A DNA stretch of 64,000 nucleotides from Armatimonadota bacterium (GTDB lineage Bacteria > Armatimonadota > HRBIN16). The notes below the pieces were generated by a model. The model was given only the letters and a program-made list of their open reading frames with translations, was not told where the DNA came from and searched no databases. The stretch lies in assembly GCA_963677485.1 (NCBI GenBank), contig OY781964.1, positions 3,168,001-3,232,000 on the forward strand, in the 5' to 3' direction. The number at the start of each line of letters is the position of its first letter. Position 1 is the first letter of the stretch. Positions 59,828-64,000 of the stretch are shown here, one piece after another. The position numbers and the translations under genes are program-made.

Positions 59828-59929
59828 AGCACCAAGACCCCACATTGGCCTTCGGAGCAGCCTGGGCGTACAATGGTATCTAGCAGTGCCGTTCGTCAAG
59901 GCGCTGACTACGCAAAGAGGTAACAACTC

Positions 59930-61675
<1,746 letters not shown>

Positions 61676-61678
61676 GCT

Positions 61679-61720
61679 GCCGATGGTAGGGGCGACCGGC
61701 CGGTCGCCCCTACCATCGGC
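61679..61720. repeat. Perfect 42-bp palindrome made of a GTAG-REP; another REP half at 61734-61756
   Basis: gccgatggtaggggcgaccgg|ccggtcgcccctaccatcggc. Confidence 0.85.
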
Positions 61721-61795
61721 GTTCTGGCATCCAAGGGCGCCCACAAGGGACGCCCCGACCAGCTTACAAAGCAAGCCCAATCGGGCCTATGTAGA

Positions 61796-62179
61796 TCATT
61801 CCTCGGGCGTGTTCATCTGGCTGTCCAGGTTGGTGTTCGTCGTGAGGTTGGTCACAGGCGCGGTGATTTTGGTATATGAGTCACCTTCTACGTTATCGGC
61901 GTTCATCGTCACTATCACATTCTCACACTGCGATGCAACCATGCAGCTCATATCACCTTCTACGCTGTCCAAAAACATCTGAACGGCGGAGGAGCCCTGG
62001 CTGTTGAGCACAACGCCGTAGTCGCCCTCCACCACGTCGCTGTTCACGGTGACCGGGCCATTGGAGTTGACCGTGATCTGTATATCGCCCTCCACCTGCG
62101 AGATGCTGATCGCCTCTACGAGCTGGCGCAGCTGCTGCACTTCCGCCTCCAGGGCGATGATGCGTTCTTCAAGTGTCAT
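61796..62179 (-). CDS. Small hypothetical protein: coiled coil plus four VEGD repeats
   Basis: AAGGAG RBS; LEERIIALEAEVQQLR followed by beta-rich repeats. Confidence 0.7.
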   Translation of the reverse strand: MTLEERIIALEAEVQQLRQLVEAISISQVEGDIQITVNSNGPVTVNSDVVEGDYGVVLNSQGSSAVQMFLDSVEGDMSCMVASQCENVIVTMNADNVEGDSYTKITAPVTNLTTNTNLDSQMNTPEE

Positions 62180-62284
62180 ATGGTTCTCCTTGTTGATTTA
62201 TAGGTGGTCATGAGCCTGAGTACAGTTGCCTCACTAAAACATGGTTTTGAGTTTGACGGCTTGCTACCCATCGGTGCCTTCCGG

Positions 62285-62508
62285 TCACCCACGAAGTGGG
62301 TTCTTTCTTATAGCCACGGGTGAGCGGAGCGTAACCCGTGGTGCAGGCCCCTGAATCCCTACCCCGAAGTGGGTCATACCTATTCGTGGTTGCAGTTCAT
62401 AAGGGCACTGATGACGACCCCTGTTCAGGGGTAGAGATACTGGCTACTGTCCAGGGGTATCGCTTCGCTACCCCTGGCTGTAAGAATCATACCCACTCCG
62501 TGGGTGCC
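62285..62508. repeat. About 220-bp nested palindromic element (REP/MITE-like)
   Basis: cacccacgaagtgggt / acccactccgtgggtg ends; inner tcttatagccacgggtgagcggagcgtaacccgtgg versus ccaggggtatcgcttcgctacccctggctgtaaga. Confidence 0.7.
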
Positions 62509-62583
62509 GGAGGGATGTCAGTTACAACACTAGCTGTCTTGCATTCACGTTCGGCTGCTTGTCGGTAACCCGGCTTCCACTGA

Positions 62584-62733
62584 CCGGGGCGGTCTGTCAG
62601 TACGCCTGTGGAGGCCACTGACTATCAACCGTGTCGGTCTTGTTCTTGACACACATCTTTCATGGCTAACCGCCAGACCGGCGCGGTCTCGAGCTTTCAG
62701 CAACCGCTAGCCTATGCACAGACCGCCCCGGAC
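62584..62733. mobile_element. MITE-like element, diverged inverted copy of 36804-36961
   Basis: ccggggcggtctgt ... acagaccgccccgg ends; internal ggctaaccgccagaccggcgcggtctcgagc shared. Confidence 0.7.
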
Positions 62734-62783
62734 TTAGGCAATACGATCGACTGATACGTTACGGACTGGTCACGGCTTGTTGG

Positions 62784-64000
62784 TCACACGATGTATTCCT
62801 CGCCGACACGGTAGATGCGCACGGCGTTGTTGTGCAGCATATCGGCGGCGGCCTGAAGCATCTGCTGGTGGCTGTATCCCAGCTGGCTGGCCTGCTGGGA
62901 TAGGGCTTCACCCAGGATATTCCTTGTGATCACGCCGCTGCCCACCGCCATTTCGACCGTGGTGCTGTCGTGCGAGCACATCAGCTTGTGTAACGGCACA
63001 TAGTTCAGCCACTTCTGGAAGCTTTCCTGCAGGAAACCCGGGTTCAGCCCGGGCTGCCAGCAGGTGTCGATCGCCATGTTGGGCGTAGTCTGCGCTAGAT
63101 AGCCGCACTCATTTTGAAAAGGCCAGTTGTGCAGCATCACGATGGTCACTTTCGGGTAGCGTGCCGCCAGGTTCTTCAAGGGCAGCGGGTTGCTCTGCGG
63201 CATGTTGTGCGTGCCGGTGTGGCACTGCAACGGCCACCCCCGCTCACTAGCCAGCTTGCAGCACTCATTCACAATCCAGTTCTGGAAGGTGCGCACCTCT
63301 GTCGGGCTGAGCTCCCCACGGAACTTCACCTCCGCGTCGCTGACCGCTTCGAAGTCGAGGTCACGGGTGTAAGCCTGCAACTGCTTGATACCGGTGTTTC
63401 GGAACTTCGTGCTTTGCTGGAAGATGGATTGCAGGAATGCTTGCCAGCTTGCGGCATCGGCGGGATCGACGCCGGTTTGTGCTGCCAGCCAGTCACGTGA
63501 TTTGTCGTTAGTTTTCCACATCTCGCAGAAGGGGTCGATGCGTAGGATGGTATTGGTGATGGCCATCTCGGCCGTGGCCGATTCGACGGTGTGTTGTTTG
63601 TAATAGAAGTCGGGATGCACCGGGCGGATCAGATGGCTGAAGCTGGCTTTCTTCATCGCTTGCGCGTACCACCCGAATATCTGCAGGTAGTTGCGGCCGA
63701 TCTGCTCATCGAGCTTTTCGATCTGCTCGGGTTTGGCGTGTTCGATGTCTACGCCATACAGCCGTTGAATACCCAGCCGGGTGCATTGGAAGGCACCCTG
63801 CAGTCGATGGTAGCGCAGAACGGGTTGCAGCACCTCCATTTGCCGCGCTGGAGCCTTGCTGGCCACCTCCAGAACGTTGTCAAAGCCAAACGTCTTGGCC
63901 ACCAGATTGGGTTCCGAGCCGCTGCTCCACACAAACCCGCCAAAATAGGCGTCAAGAATCAAATGCATCAGGTGGACGGGTTGATTGGGCAGCATCCCGC
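62784..64000 (-). CDS. Amidohydrolase-superfamily (uronate isomerase-like) protein, 5'-truncated by window edge
   Basis: PLQCHTG, NP..L, MLH.WP, DTCW, VP.HKL...D, M...NA.RIY. Confidence 0.75.
   Translation of the reverse strand, partial: GMLPNQPVHLMHLILDAYFGGFVWSSGSEPNLVAKTFGFDNVLEVASKAPARQMEVLQPVLRYHRLQGAFQCTRLGIQRLYGVDIEHAKPEQIEKLDEQIGRNYLQIFGWYAQAMKKASFSHLIRPVHPDFYYKQHTVESATAEMAITNTILRIDPFCEMWKTNDKSRDWLAAQTGVDPADAASWQAFLQSIFQQSTKFRNTGIKQLQAYTRDLDFEAVSDAEVKFRGELSPTEVRTFQNWIVNECCKLASERGWPLQCHTGTHNMPQSNPLPLKNLAARYPKVTIVMLHNWPFQNECGYLAQTTPNMAIDTCWQPGLNPGFLQESFQKWLNYVPLHKLMCSHDSTTVEMAVGSGVITRNILGEALSQQASQLGYSHQQMLQAAADMLHNNAVRIYRVGEEYIV

Overview
A GC-rich bacterial window, probably Armatimonadota. 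That assignment is inferred from the dockerin-like 'NLFDYVVIDxNFG' C-termini, an H-X9-DG-type prepilin and the UroD-family and glycoside-hydrolase expansions. It is dominated by carbohydrate catabolism: five paralogous GH99/GH71-like proteins, GH36, GH106, a frameshifted GH51, an acetylesterase and sugar oxidoreductases. Housekeeping genes are cysK, lysA, kdsB and thrS. There is also an ECF-sigma operon, two serpins and several families of intergenic palindromic repeats. The standout is two apparently identical 1656-bp insertion elements (51954-53609 and 56649-58304). Each sits inside a gene that is restored in frame when the element is removed, and both empty sites read ACCTAAC. The element has no terminal inverted repeats, has CTAA at both junctions and a left-end hairpin. 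Its single 506-aa ORF has no DDE, HUH or recombinase motifs that I can recognise. It does have Rep_trans/MOBT-like motifs (KMYDK...LRIE) and a C-terminal winged helix. This suggests a rolling-circle-type transposon driven by a Rep_trans-family nickase cutting at CT^AA. No rRNA, tRNA or CRISPR array was seen. All family calls are by motif recognition; no searches were run.
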